Below, piece by piece: positions 45,466-54,078 of a stretch of 61,438 nucleotides of DNA; position 1 is the stretch's first letter, and each line of letters begins with the position of its first letter. The stretch spans positions 1-61,438 of the forward strand of contig JAGHCW010000202.1 of assembly GCA_021160245.1 (NCBI GenBank), written 5' to 3'. The notes beneath the pieces are model-generated. The model saw only the letters and a program-made list of their open reading frames with translations. It did no database searches and was not told where the DNA came from. Source of the stretch: a bacterium (GTDB taxonomy: Bacteria; B130-G9). The position numbers were made by a program, and so were the translations under genes.

Positions 45466-46854
45466 ATGAAGAAGTTAAGCACAGCGCTCATAATTTTTGG
45501 CCTGTTCGTGCATCTGTCGATGCTGCTGTCTCTCGCGCTCCATTTCGAGCTCGTGTCGTTCTGGCCTCCGAAGATAAAGCCCGAACTGACGATTTCGCGA
45601 CTGCAGGACAACTTGAAGCCGGTGGATGTGCCCCCAGGCGCCCCGCCGAATGTCCCTCAATCGCTGTATCAGACGAGGCGCGCGAGGGGCTTGCACCTTT
45701 GGGATAAGTTCTTTTGGGATTCCAGCATATACGAGGTTGGCTTCGATTTCTTTGGGCTTTACAAGGGGGCTTTGGACCTTATGCGTGGCAGATCGATCTA
45801 TGAGGTTGCGCGTTACACTGAGTCCGACACCGTCTTTGATGATGAGATCGTTCCCTATTATTGTCCATTTATATATCCGCCGATTGTAGCGTATCTGATG
45901 GTACCGCTTGCGCTGCTGTTGAGTCCGTGGAAGGCTTACGTTTTCTGGTGTTTGCTTCAGGAGTGCTTGCTTGCTCTCTGCATCTTCGTGTCGAGGAGAT
46001 TCTTCGATAGGGACATCGACAAGAGCATCGCGACGACAATGTGGCTAGCATTCACCCCCTTCTATCTACTGCTCTATATCGGGCAGACATCGTTCGTCAT
46101 CGCCACCTGTATCCTGTTGCTTGCCTATTGGCACAAGTCCGGAAAGAAGACCGCCGCCGATTGGGCATGGATCGCCTCGGTAGCGCTGAAACTGTTGACG
46201 CTGATCGCCGCGCCCGCTCTGGTTAGGTTCAAGAGGTACCGGGCCGTTGTCCTGGCGGTCGCAGTCGTGATATTGGCGTCAATCCCGTATTTCGCGTTCA
46301 AGCCGGACGACGCGCCCTTCTTCGCCCATCTCGTCGAATCGAGAACCATTGCGCCATACGGAGGCGATTTCTCGCATTCGGAGGTCTCGTGGCTTCTATT
46401 TGGACCAGAGTCGAGCCCAATTGCGTCGAAAGTTTTTATGTGGTCGGTGATTCTTCTGTCGCTTGGATTCACCTTCATACCCAAGAACATCCAATTTGTC
46501 GATTGCCTCTCGCTTTGGATTTGCACCTATTTTCTGGCCTACATACGCATCTGGGAGCATCATTACGTTATGATCGCGCCGGTGCTAATTCTTCTCTACT
46601 TCTCGACCAGGAGCTGGTTTGTCCTTGCGATATTTGTGCCACTGGCGATGCCTACACCATTAGTACTCTTCGCTGGAAGCTGGACACACCTCGAGACGTT
46701 GGTCTATCATCTCTTCAAATTGGTTCCAGTCGCAATGCTCTATGCCTTTGTCGTCAAGACGATCATCTCGAGGCGCCGTTGTGAGGCTACAACGCGGTCT
46801 CTGGCCGGGCGCGATTCTGTCGCGGCCCCAATGGAGGCTTCCGGTATAGAATAA
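45466..46854 (+). CDS. polytopic membrane glycosyltransferase, GT87/DUF2029-like (GT-C fold)
   Basis: ORF 45442..46854, ATG 45466 (MKKLSTALIIFGLFV). About 10 or more TM segments, and a loop with FDFFGLYKG...YCPFIYPPIVAY. Confidence 0.6.
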   Translation: MKKLSTALIIFGLFVHLSMLLSLALHFELVSFWPPKIKPELTISRLQDNLKPVDVPPGAPPNVPQSLYQTRRARGLHLWDKFFWDSSIYEVGFDFFGLYKGALDLMRGRSIYEVARYTESDTVFDDEIVPYYCPFIYPPIVAYLMVPLALLLSPWKAYVFWCLLQECLLALCIFVSRRFFDRDIDKSIATTMWLAFTPFYLLLYIGQTSFVIATCILLLAYWHKSGKKTAADWAWIASVALKLLTLIAAPALVRFKRYRAVVLAVAVVILASIPYFAFKPDDAPFFAHLVESRTIAPYGGDFSHSEVSWLLFGPESSPIASKVFMWSVILLSLGFTFIPKNIQFVDCLSLWICTYFLAYIRIWEHHYVMIAPVLILLYFSTRSWFVLAIFVPLAMPTPLVLFAGSWTHLETLVYHLFKLVPVAMLYAFVVKTIISRRRCEATTRSLAGRDSVAAPMEASGIE

Positions 46855-46869
46855 TCGAAGTGTTCGAGC

Positions 46870-47673
46870 TCAGATATTCCGGCGCTTCTTCCCGTGTCTA
46901 TTAAGGTATTGGCCTAACATCCGCGCGGAATTGAGCTCCACTTGGAGATGATGAGCAAAGTAAAGAAACATAAAACGCAGCAGCTCCCGACGCAACGCCG
47001 CGCTAATGCTGATTGAACCAAGAGAGCGAATCGGCTTGTGAAGCGCCATGCGGCAGAATGAAATTGCGCCTCGGCTGAGTTTGACCGCAGTCCATGGCTG
47101 ACCATCCGGCTCCTTTCCAGCTTGGCAATTGGGACAGACGAATCCGCCCGCCTCAATGTTAAAGCGCGTGGGGCTTATCTTAATCGGCTTGCCGCATGAT
47201 ACGCACTCTGCGAACGATGGGCCGATGCCGAGGCTTCTGAGGAGGTGAAGCTGCGCCGCAATGACCATCGCCTCCGGCGAGCGTGATTTACTTATTTGCC
47301 TGAGTGAGTCGCTTAAAAGCTCAAAGAGCTCGGGGCTGGGCGATCTTTCGGGAACAGCGCGAAGAAGCACTTCGGTTATGCACGAGGCGCACGCCAGCTT
47401 GCGGATGTCTTTGGAGAACGCCGGAAACGAGAGCAGTCTCTCGCAGTCTTCCAGAATGAGTAGGTTGGAGTTGCGGTTTTTTTTGATCTGCAGATCACAC
47501 AACGAGAACGTGAGGAGCTGGCCGCGCAGCCTGCCGGGCCTGTTTAGTCGCTTTGCTACAAGATTGAGCTTGCCGTAATCTTGTGAAAATATAGTGACTC
47601 GCGCGTCAAAATCGCCAAATCCGGCAACCCTCAGAAGGAAGCCGTCACAAGTTACAGTGCACACAAAGACCAC
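46870..47673 (-). CDS. recO: DNA repair protein RecO
   Basis: 267 aa. N-terminal OB-fold region and the zinc motif CVSCGKPI...FVCPNC. Confidence 0.85.
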   Translation of the reverse strand: MVFVCTVTCDGFLLRVAGFGDFDARVTIFSQDYGKLNLVAKRLNRPGRLRGQLLTFSLCDLQIKKNRNSNLLILEDCERLLSFPAFSKDIRKLACASCITEVLLRAVPERSPSPELFELLSDSLRQISKSRSPEAMVIAAQLHLLRSLGIGPSFAECVSCGKPIKISPTRFNIEAGGFVCPNCQAGKEPDGQPWTAVKLSRGAISFCRMALHKPIRSLGSISISAALRRELLRFMFLYFAHHLQVELNSARMLGQYLNRHGKKRRNI

Positions 47674-47685
47674 CCCGGAGCAAGG

Positions 47686-48006
47686 CTATTTGGCGCCAGC
47701 AAGCTGCCTCAACTCATCCTCGCTAAAAATCCCCTTCTCCACCAGTAGCGAAAGCGCTTTGCCTAAAACGCCCCTTACTTGTGATACGCGGGTCATCTTC
47801 TCCAGTAGGACGTCTTCGTCCGAAGGGGCGTGGTCCTCGCAACGCGTCCTGAATTCGTCAACTAGTGACTCCAAGACGAACATAATCTCGCCGTAAGTTA
47901 CGTTTCCGTCGCGGGATTCCGAGAACTCACTTATTGCGGACATTACGGCGCCGCGCAAGCGCATGAACTCCTCGTCGTTGTCAAATACGTTTCTCGCCTG
48001 AACCAT
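47686..48006 (-). CDS. hypothetical protein
   Basis: 106 aa, with GAGG 8 nt upstream of the ATG. No family recognised. Confidence 0.55.
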   Translation of the reverse strand: MVQARNVFDNDEEFMRLRGAVMSAISEFSESRDGNVTYGEIMFVLESLVDEFRTRCEDHAPSDEDVLLEKMTRVSQVRGVLGKALSLLVEKGIFSEDELRQLAGAK

Positions 48007-48030
48007 CAGAACTACCTCGCCTGGCGTTTA

Positions 48031-49224
48031 TTATCTTCTATGATGCTTGACGACCTTCTCGACCGCGGCTATCACGCTCTCAACGTCATCGTCCGAAAGC
48101 GATGGATAAAGAGGCAAACTAACAATGCGGTCACTCGCAGCCTCCGCGTATGGGAAATCACCGCGCTTGAAGCCATATTTGTTCTGGTAATAGGGATGCA
48201 AATGCAGCGCCCTGAAATGGACAGCCACGCCGATATTCTCGGCTTGCATGGCGTTTAAGAATTCATCGCGGTCTAGTGTCAATTGGTCGAGATTGAGAAG
48301 TATGACGTATATGTGATGCGCATGTTGGACATTCGGTTTTCGCGTGAGGGCACCCAATTCAGGTATATGACTAAACGCGGCGTCGTAACGGGAGACTATC
48401 TCAAGGCGACGCTTCCTAAATCCCGCGAGCTTATCAAGCTGATGCAGGAGCATTGCCGCCTGGATGTCCATCATGTTGTACTTATAGCCCGGGACAACGC
48501 ACTCATAATGAGTGAAGCCACCTTTGTCATATCGTTTCCAGGCGTCCTTGCTAAGCCCATGAAGCCGGAGCATTGCCAATTTATGCAGCAACTCCTCAGA
48601 GCGAGCACAAAGGGCGCCGCCCTCACCGCAAGTCATGTTTTTCGTTGCGTAGAAGCTAAATGCGCCAACGTCACCGAACGTCCCGCAGTGTTTGCCGTCT
48701 ATCTTCGCCTCAATCGCATGAGCTGCATCCTCAACGACATGAAGGCCTCGTCTCGAGGCAATTGACATGATGGCCGGCATGTCGCAGGGATGGCCCGCAT
48801 AGTGAACGGGGATAATCACCTCCGTGGCGGGCGTAATCGCATCCTCGAGTAGGCCCGGGTCAAGAAGCAACGTGTCGGGCTCAACGTCCACGAAGACCGT
48901 CTTGGCGTGCTGATGCTCAATGACATTAGCCGTAGAAGGGAAAGTCAGGGGCGTCGTGATCACCTCGTCCCCCGGGCCAATTCCCAGCGCAACCAAGCCA
49001 AGATGCAGCCCAGCTGTGCAGGAGTTAAGCCCCAATACATGTTCTGCTCCAAGATATTCCGCGAATCGCTTCTCAAAAAGCCCGGTCTTTGGTCCTGTAG
49101 TCAGCCAGCCGGACTTAAAAGAATCCTCAATCTCGTTCAGTTCCTCTTTGCCAACGCTTGATCTATGAAAGAATAGAAAATCGTCCCTTACAGGTTTCCC
49201 ACCATCTATTGCGAGTTTCGACAA
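48031..49224 (-). CDS. DegT/DnrJ/EryC1/StrS-family PLP-dependent sugar aminotransferase
   Basis: 397 aa. Motifs: GWLTTGPKT, DAAHAIEA, SFYATKNMTCGEGGAL. Confidence 0.9.
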   Translation of the reverse strand: MSKLAIDGGKPVRDDFLFFHRSSVGKEELNEIEDSFKSGWLTTGPKTGLFEKRFAEYLGAEHVLGLNSCTAGLHLGLVALGIGPGDEVITTPLTFPSTANVIEHQHAKTVFVDVEPDTLLLDPGLLEDAITPATEVIIPVHYAGHPCDMPAIMSIASRRGLHVVEDAAHAIEAKIDGKHCGTFGDVGAFSFYATKNMTCGEGGALCARSEELLHKLAMLRLHGLSKDAWKRYDKGGFTHYECVVPGYKYNMMDIQAAMLLHQLDKLAGFRKRRLEIVSRYDAAFSHIPELGALTRKPNVQHAHHIYVILLNLDQLTLDRDEFLNAMQAENIGVAVHFRALHLHPYYQNKYGFKRGDFPYAEAASDRIVSLPLYPSLSDDDVESVIAAVEKVVKHHRR

Positions 49225-49265
49225 CCTCAGGCTCCCAATCTGTGTAATCTGTGGACAAAACTAAC

Positions 49266-50534
49266 TCAACGGGCACGACGAGTCGCTATATCGCGTCTGA
49301 AATACTTGCCCTCAAAGTGTACCTTATCGACCGCGTCATAGGCCCGCTTAAGCGCTTCCTCTTTGGTGGCGCCGACCGCCGTTATGCCCAAGACCCTCCC
49401 GCCGGCCGTCACGAGCTTGCCACCGACCTCCTTCGTTCCGGAATGAAAGGTGGTTACGCCATCGAGTTTCTCACATTCGGGCAAGCCTGAAATCTCAAGC
49501 CCCTTTCTATAATTGCCCGGATAGCCTTCAGATGCGAGCGTTATACAGATGCTATGATTATCCTCGCCCTCTATTTTCATACCCGCAAGCGAGCCGCTAG
49601 CTGCCGCCTGGAATACGGGAACGAGATCACTCGTTATTCGCGGAAACGTAGCCTGGGTCTCCGGGTCGCCGAAGCGGCAGTTAAACTCCAGCACATGCGG
49701 CTTTCCGTCGGCTATCATCAAGCCCGCATAGAGCGCGCCTCGGTAAGGTTTCCCCTCCGCCGCCATCCCTCGAATCGCTGGAACCATTATCTCTCTCGTC
49801 ACTCTGTCCAAGAGGGCGTCATCAAGGACATCAGTCGGCGAGAAAGCGCCCATGCCCCCCGTATTCGGGCCCTTGTCGCCATCAAGCAGCTGCTTATGGT
49901 CCTCAGAAGATGGCAATGCGATGACCACCTCACCGTCTGTAATCACAACTAACGAGGCCTCCTGACCGGGCAGGAGTTCCTCAATGATGACTTTATCGCC
50001 CGCCTCGCCAAAGCGCCTATCCAGAAGCGTCTCCCTCAGGGCAATCTCCACATCGTCCCACGTGCGGCAGACAAAAACGCCCTTGCCGGCGGCCAGACCA
50101 TCAGCCTTAATAACCACCGGCAGACCTTGAGCCTTAACGTGCGCAACGGCCTCATCGTAGTCCTCGAAGGCCGAGTACGAGGCGCAAGGCATCCCGTGTT
50201 TTTTCATGAATCTCTTGGCAAAGAGCTTGCTCGATTCTATCTGAGCCGCCGCCTTTGATGGCCCAAAAACTGAAAGACCCTCGTTAAGGAAAGCATCCGC
50301 AATGCCGGCGGCAAGCGGCGCCTCAGGCCCGACAATCGTAAGATCGACTCGTTTATCTTTCGCTATTGCAACCATGCGGGGGATATCGCCCGGGTCGCCC
50401 GGGAGATTCTCGCCCAATCCAGCGGTTCCAGCATTGCCCGGAACGCAAAAGACCTGGTCAACCAAGGGACTTTGCTTCACCTTCCACGCGATTGCATGTT
50501 CACGACCACCGCCGCCCACGACCATTACTCGCAT
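49266..50534 (-). CDS. purD: phosphoribosylamine-glycine ligase
   Basis: 422 aa. MRVMVVGGGGREHAIAWK, an ATP-grasp region, and NCRFGDPETQ. Confidence 0.96.
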   Translation of the reverse strand: MRVMVVGGGGREHAIAWKVKQSPLVDQVFCVPGNAGTAGLGENLPGDPGDIPRMVAIAKDKRVDLTIVGPEAPLAAGIADAFLNEGLSVFGPSKAAAQIESSKLFAKRFMKKHGMPCASYSAFEDYDEAVAHVKAQGLPVVIKADGLAAGKGVFVCRTWDDVEIALRETLLDRRFGEAGDKVIIEELLPGQEASLVVITDGEVVIALPSSEDHKQLLDGDKGPNTGGMGAFSPTDVLDDALLDRVTREIMVPAIRGMAAEGKPYRGALYAGLMIADGKPHVLEFNCRFGDPETQATFPRITSDLVPVFQAAASGSLAGMKIEGEDNHSICITLASEGYPGNYRKGLEISGLPECEKLDGVTTFHSGTKEVGGKLVTAGGRVLGITAVGATKEEALKRAYDAVDKVHFEGKYFRRDIATRRAR

Positions 50535-50573
50535 CTTAACCTCGTGTCATTTCTGATTGGAATCAGCTGACTA

Positions 50574-52127
50574 TCAATGCAGAAAATGTCGCATACCAGT
50601 GAAGACCATCGCTATGCCCAATCTGTTGCAGGCCTCGATAACCTCAGGATCACGCTTCGAGCCACCAGGCTGGATGACCGCCGCAATGCCCGCCTTGTGC
50701 GCCTCCTCAATCGAATCGGCAAACGGGAAGAATGCGTCTGAGGCGAGGACGGCGCCTCGGGTCTTCTCGCCCGCCTTTTCTATCGCTATCTTCACCGCAT
50801 CGACGCGGCTGGTTTGCCCGGCGCCCATACCCGCTGTAACGCCGCCCTTGGCGACCACTATGGCATTTGATTTCACATGCTTGCATACCGTCCAGGCGAA
50901 CTTCAAGTCGGCCATCATCTCGTCATCTGGCGCCGCTTCCGTCACTTTTTTCAGGCCCTCATTTCCCAGAATTCGGTCGTCAACCGTTTGAGCCAGAAGC
51001 CCCCCTGGAATGCTCGTGAGAACAGGCCGTGGGGATGCTTCGCCAAAGCCCGCCGGATACTCAAGAAAGCGGCGGTTCTTCTTCTTCTTAAGGAGCTCCA
51101 ACACGCCATCACGATAGGACGGCGCAATCATCGCCTCAACGAAGCCGGTCTTGTGGACACGCTCCGCCGTAGCCATGTCCACAGGTCTATTGCAGGCAAT
51201 AATGCACCCGAACGCTGAAAGTGGGTCCGCATCGAGCGCAAGCCTATAGGCCTCGTCCAGCGTCTCTGCAATCGCAGCGCCGCAGGGACTTCTGTGCTTG
51301 ATTATCGCAACGGCCGGACTCTCAAACTCCGCCACGAGGTGAAGCGCGGCCGCAAGGTCAACTATGTTGTTATAGGAAAGCGCCTTGCCGCTAATGAGGC
51401 GTGCGCCCAAGACCTCGGACTCATCGCCGCCAAATGAGAATAGAGCAGCTTGTTGGTGGGGATTCTCTCCATATCGCAAATCCCTCAGCTTGTTCATGGT
51501 GAGAGCAATGGAATCGGCAAAAGCCTCCTCCTTCTGGGACATGAGTTCAGAGAGATACGATGTAATCGAGGCGTCAAAGTGCGACGTCATCTTGAATAGC
51601 TCGATGGCCATCTCTGCCCGTGTGGACAAAGTAATCGACCCCGAATGCTCCTCCAACTCCGTCGCTATGCGATCGTAATACTTCGGCCCGGGAACGACCA
51701 GAACGTCTTTGAAGTTCTTCGCGGCAGACCGCGCCATCGTCGGCCCGCCGATGTCGATGAGCTCCGTTGTCTGCCCCATGTCGAGAGATTTCTCCTTAGC
51801 GCGAGCGAAGGGATAGAAATCAACGACAACCATGTCGATCGGGTCCGCGCCGCATTCCGCAAGCTGCGCCACGTGCTCCGAGACCTCGCGTCTGGCGAGA
51901 ATGCCGGCGTGAATCTTTGGATGCAGAGTCTTCACGCGGCCGTCCAGAAGCTCGGAGAATCCGGTTATGTCCTCAACAAGCGTTACGTCCAGCCCAGCGC
52001 CTTTGAGTTTGGCCGCCGTTCCGCCGGTTGATACGAATTTGACGCCGAGTTTCGCCAAGCGACTGCAGAACTCGACAACTCCCTCTTTGCTATACACGCT
52101 GACAAGCGCGACCTTAACATCTCTCAT
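50574..52127 (-). CDS. purH: bifunctional AICAR transformylase / IMP cyclohydrolase
   Basis: 517 aa. Motifs: ALVSVYSKEGVVEF, LDGRVKTLHP, GMGAGQTSRVD. Confidence 0.96.
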   Translation of the reverse strand: MRDVKVALVSVYSKEGVVEFCSRLAKLGVKFVSTGGTAAKLKGAGLDVTLVEDITGFSELLDGRVKTLHPKIHAGILARREVSEHVAQLAECGADPIDMVVVDFYPFARAKEKSLDMGQTTELIDIGGPTMARSAAKNFKDVLVVPGPKYYDRIATELEEHSGSITLSTRAEMAIELFKMTSHFDASITSYLSELMSQKEEAFADSIALTMNKLRDLRYGENPHQQAALFSFGGDESEVLGARLISGKALSYNNIVDLAAALHLVAEFESPAVAIIKHRSPCGAAIAETLDEAYRLALDADPLSAFGCIIACNRPVDMATAERVHKTGFVEAMIAPSYRDGVLELLKKKKNRRFLEYPAGFGEASPRPVLTSIPGGLLAQTVDDRILGNEGLKKVTEAAPDDEMMADLKFAWTVCKHVKSNAIVVAKGGVTAGMGAGQTSRVDAVKIAIEKAGEKTRGAVLASDAFFPFADSIEEAHKAGIAAVIQPGGSKRDPEVIEACNRLGIAMVFTGMRHFLH

Positions 52128-52149
52128 TGCTGTAGCCTCAATATCCTAA

Positions 52150-52545
52150 TTATTGTGAATGTGTAACTGTCTCAAATAACGCAACAACCGCGACCGCATA
52201 GTCGCCGTCATGGCTCAACGAAAGTGATATATTCCCCGAGCCTAAACCATTAGCTGCCGCCGCCGCATCTTCTGAAAAACGAAGCGTCGGAACGCCTGAC
52301 GCGTGAACATGAACATCAAACGAACTTAGCGGAAATTCGCCAAGCCCGGCCGATGAAAACGCCTTGTAGGCCGCTTCCTTTGCCGCAAACCTCGCCGCAA
52401 GATGTGGATACGGATTGCTCTTTCGTGATGAGTACTCAAACTCGCCCGCCGAGAAGTACCGCTCCACAAATCTCGTCCCACGCCTCTTGATAATATCTCT
52501 TATACGCGAGACCTTGACAATATCAACACCGACCGAACCAGGCAA
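52150..52545 (-). CDS. acpS: holo-[acyl-carrier-protein] synthase
   Basis: 131 aa. Motifs: GVDIVKVSRI, FAAKEAAYKA, LSLSHDGDYA. Confidence 0.9.
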   Translation of the reverse strand: MPGSVGVDIVKVSRIRDIIKRRGTRFVERYFSAGEFEYSSRKSNPYPHLAARFAAKEAAYKAFSSAGLGEFPLSSFDVHVHASGVPTLRFSEDAAAAANGLGSGNISLSLSHDGDYAVAVVALFETVTHSQ

Positions 52546-52598
52546 TATCCCCTCCAGCTTCCCAATAATCAGATTGACGCAGGTTGCTCAGGCCTCTT

Positions 52599-52958
52599 GG
52601 AGTGCGGCAGCTTGATGCCGCTTTCATTGGTGGTGGCTTGACACCACACTCTCATGAATCGCCTTTTTGACCTACTAGACAGTTATCTTTCAACCTGGAC
52701 GCCAATTGATATAAGATTGATGCCGCGTCAAGCCGCGGCCAGATAAAGCGGCGCCTGAGCCACCGCACTCCCAAAAGCACCCGCGGGTGCATCGCCCATC
52801 TATATATTCGGGCCGACCCAAGGCCTGCCCCATATTCCGCCCATTGCCGACAATGTAGCCTCATGGGATATACTACACTTCTGAATCGTCTGGGCAACAG
52901 CTTATGAACCTCGAAAAGGTTGAGTGATTATGGAGTGCGGTGTCAAGCCACCGCACTC
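52599..52958. repeat. cluster of REP-like palindromic units (GGAGTGCGGTG-TCAAGC-CACCGCACTCC family) in both orientations
   Basis: A perfect 11-bp-stem unit lies at 52931-52958. Degenerate units lie at 52599-52625 (GGAGTGCGGCA-GCTTGA-TGCCGC), 52629-52651 (inverse orientation) and 52722-52739 (GCCGCG-TCAAGC-CGCGGC), with a half unit CCACCGCACTCCCAAAAGCAC at 52760-52780. Confidence 0.8.
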
Positions 52959-52992
52959 CAAAGCACCCACCACCGACTAACTAGAGCGCCGC

Positions 52993-53943
52993 CTAATGGT
53001 ACTTGCCCTCAATAATCTGCTCTGTGAACTCCTCCTCGGCCTGCATCTGATCGAGCCGCTCTCTTGTGGCCTGGCGCTTTCTGAGATAGGCCAGTATGAA
53101 GAGGAGCGAGACGGCAAACCAGAAAAACGCGGCGCTTGTGAGCACCGGATAGACACCATATTTGTCCCGAACACGCCCATACCAAGCCTTAACTATCTGC
53201 TCAAAGGGTCTCCCAACAGCCCGCGAAAGCTGCGCTTCAAGCGGAATACCGCGCCTCATGCCGTCAACCAGTGAAATAAACCGGCGCCGTTGGAGTGTCC
53301 GCTGGAGGAATTGGCAAAAACTATAGCTTTGGGCGTAGGCAAGCCGCGCCTCGCCACTCTCCATCGGGAAGGAGTCGCGGAGTTTTTCGAACGGAATCGG
53401 ATCAGAAAAAAGGACCATTCGCACGAGAGCGAAACTATCTACCCACTCCCATTGACCGGCGTTTATCATCGCCATCCCCTCGTCGAACCAACGAGGCAGG
53501 AGGCGCCAGTTTTTGCCAACCGCATGGTGCAGGACGAGGTGAGAGAGCTCGTGCTTGAGTGTCTTGATGAACTGTTTGCGACTGACTCTGGCAAGAGATG
53601 GCGACTTGAGCACAATCTTTCTTTGAGCAGGAATGGCAAAGCCAACCACCCAGCTCTCGCCTACGGAAGGCCGATGCTCGTTGAATTGGAGCGAATTGTC
53701 GCAGATGTAAATCGAGTTCTGCCCAAAGGGTTCAACGCCGAGGCTTGCGCAAATGCGGCTGAACGATGATTCAATAGTCGTGCTCATTGACTTAGTAAAG
53801 GCCTTCCTCTTCAACGAGTAATAGAGCTTGAAGTGCGCCGTGGGCATCATGAAAGGTGGTGGTCCTGACCAGCCCTGGACGCACAATGGGGTCGCGACAG
53901 CCGCGATGAGAATGATTAGGAGCATAAACTTTAAGTTTTTCAC
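52993..53943 (-). CDS. peptidase-MA-like zinc metalloprotease with signal peptide and C-terminal TM anchor
   Basis: ORF 52993..53982. HELSHLVLH and a later E in FDEGMA; C-terminal TM SAAFFWFAVSLLFILAYL. The start is probably GTG 53943 (MKNLKFMLLIILIAAVA), and TTG 53982 and ATG 53925 are alternatives. Confidence 0.65.
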   Translation of the reverse strand: MKNLKFMLLIILIAAVATPLCVQGWSGPPPFMMPTAHFKLYYSLKRKAFTKSMSTTIESSFSRICASLGVEPFGQNSIYICDNSLQFNEHRPSVGESWVVGFAIPAQRKIVLKSPSLARVSRKQFIKTLKHELSHLVLHHAVGKNWRLLPRWFDEGMAMINAGQWEWVDSFALVRMVLFSDPIPFEKLRDSFPMESGEARLAYAQSYSFCQFLQRTLQRRRFISLVDGMRRGIPLEAQLSRAVGRPFEQIVKAWYGRVRDKYGVYPVLTSAAFFWFAVSLLFILAYLRKRQATRERLDQMQAEEEFTEQIIEGKYH

Positions 53944-53983
53944 ACTACCTACTATGATAGTGGCTGTTCGTATTGAGAACAAC

Positions 53984-54019
53984 TGCCGGTTATCATGCCG
54001 GTTATCATGCCGGTTGGCA
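53984..54019. repeat. 12-bp direct repeat x3 in a divergent promoter region
   Basis: TGCCGGTTATCA TGCCGGTTATCA TGCCGGTTGGCA, between the peptidase gene start and the Memo-AMMECR1 gene start. Confidence 0.9.
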
Positions 54020-54078
54020 TACAGAGCCTCAGGATGTCTTGATTTGCACGGTGAATAAAGCTGAAAGGTCTCAAGGCA

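Noticed and set aside
52652-52897. 81-aa minus-strand ORF between acpS and the peptidase gene
   Set aside because: It is embedded in the REP-like repeat cluster, is Arg/Trp-rich and has no RBS. It is most likely non-coding.
53984-54019. CRISPR array
   Set aside because: There are only three directly abutting 12-bp units with no spacers. No CRISPR-like repeat-spacer structure or cas genes occur anywhere in the window.
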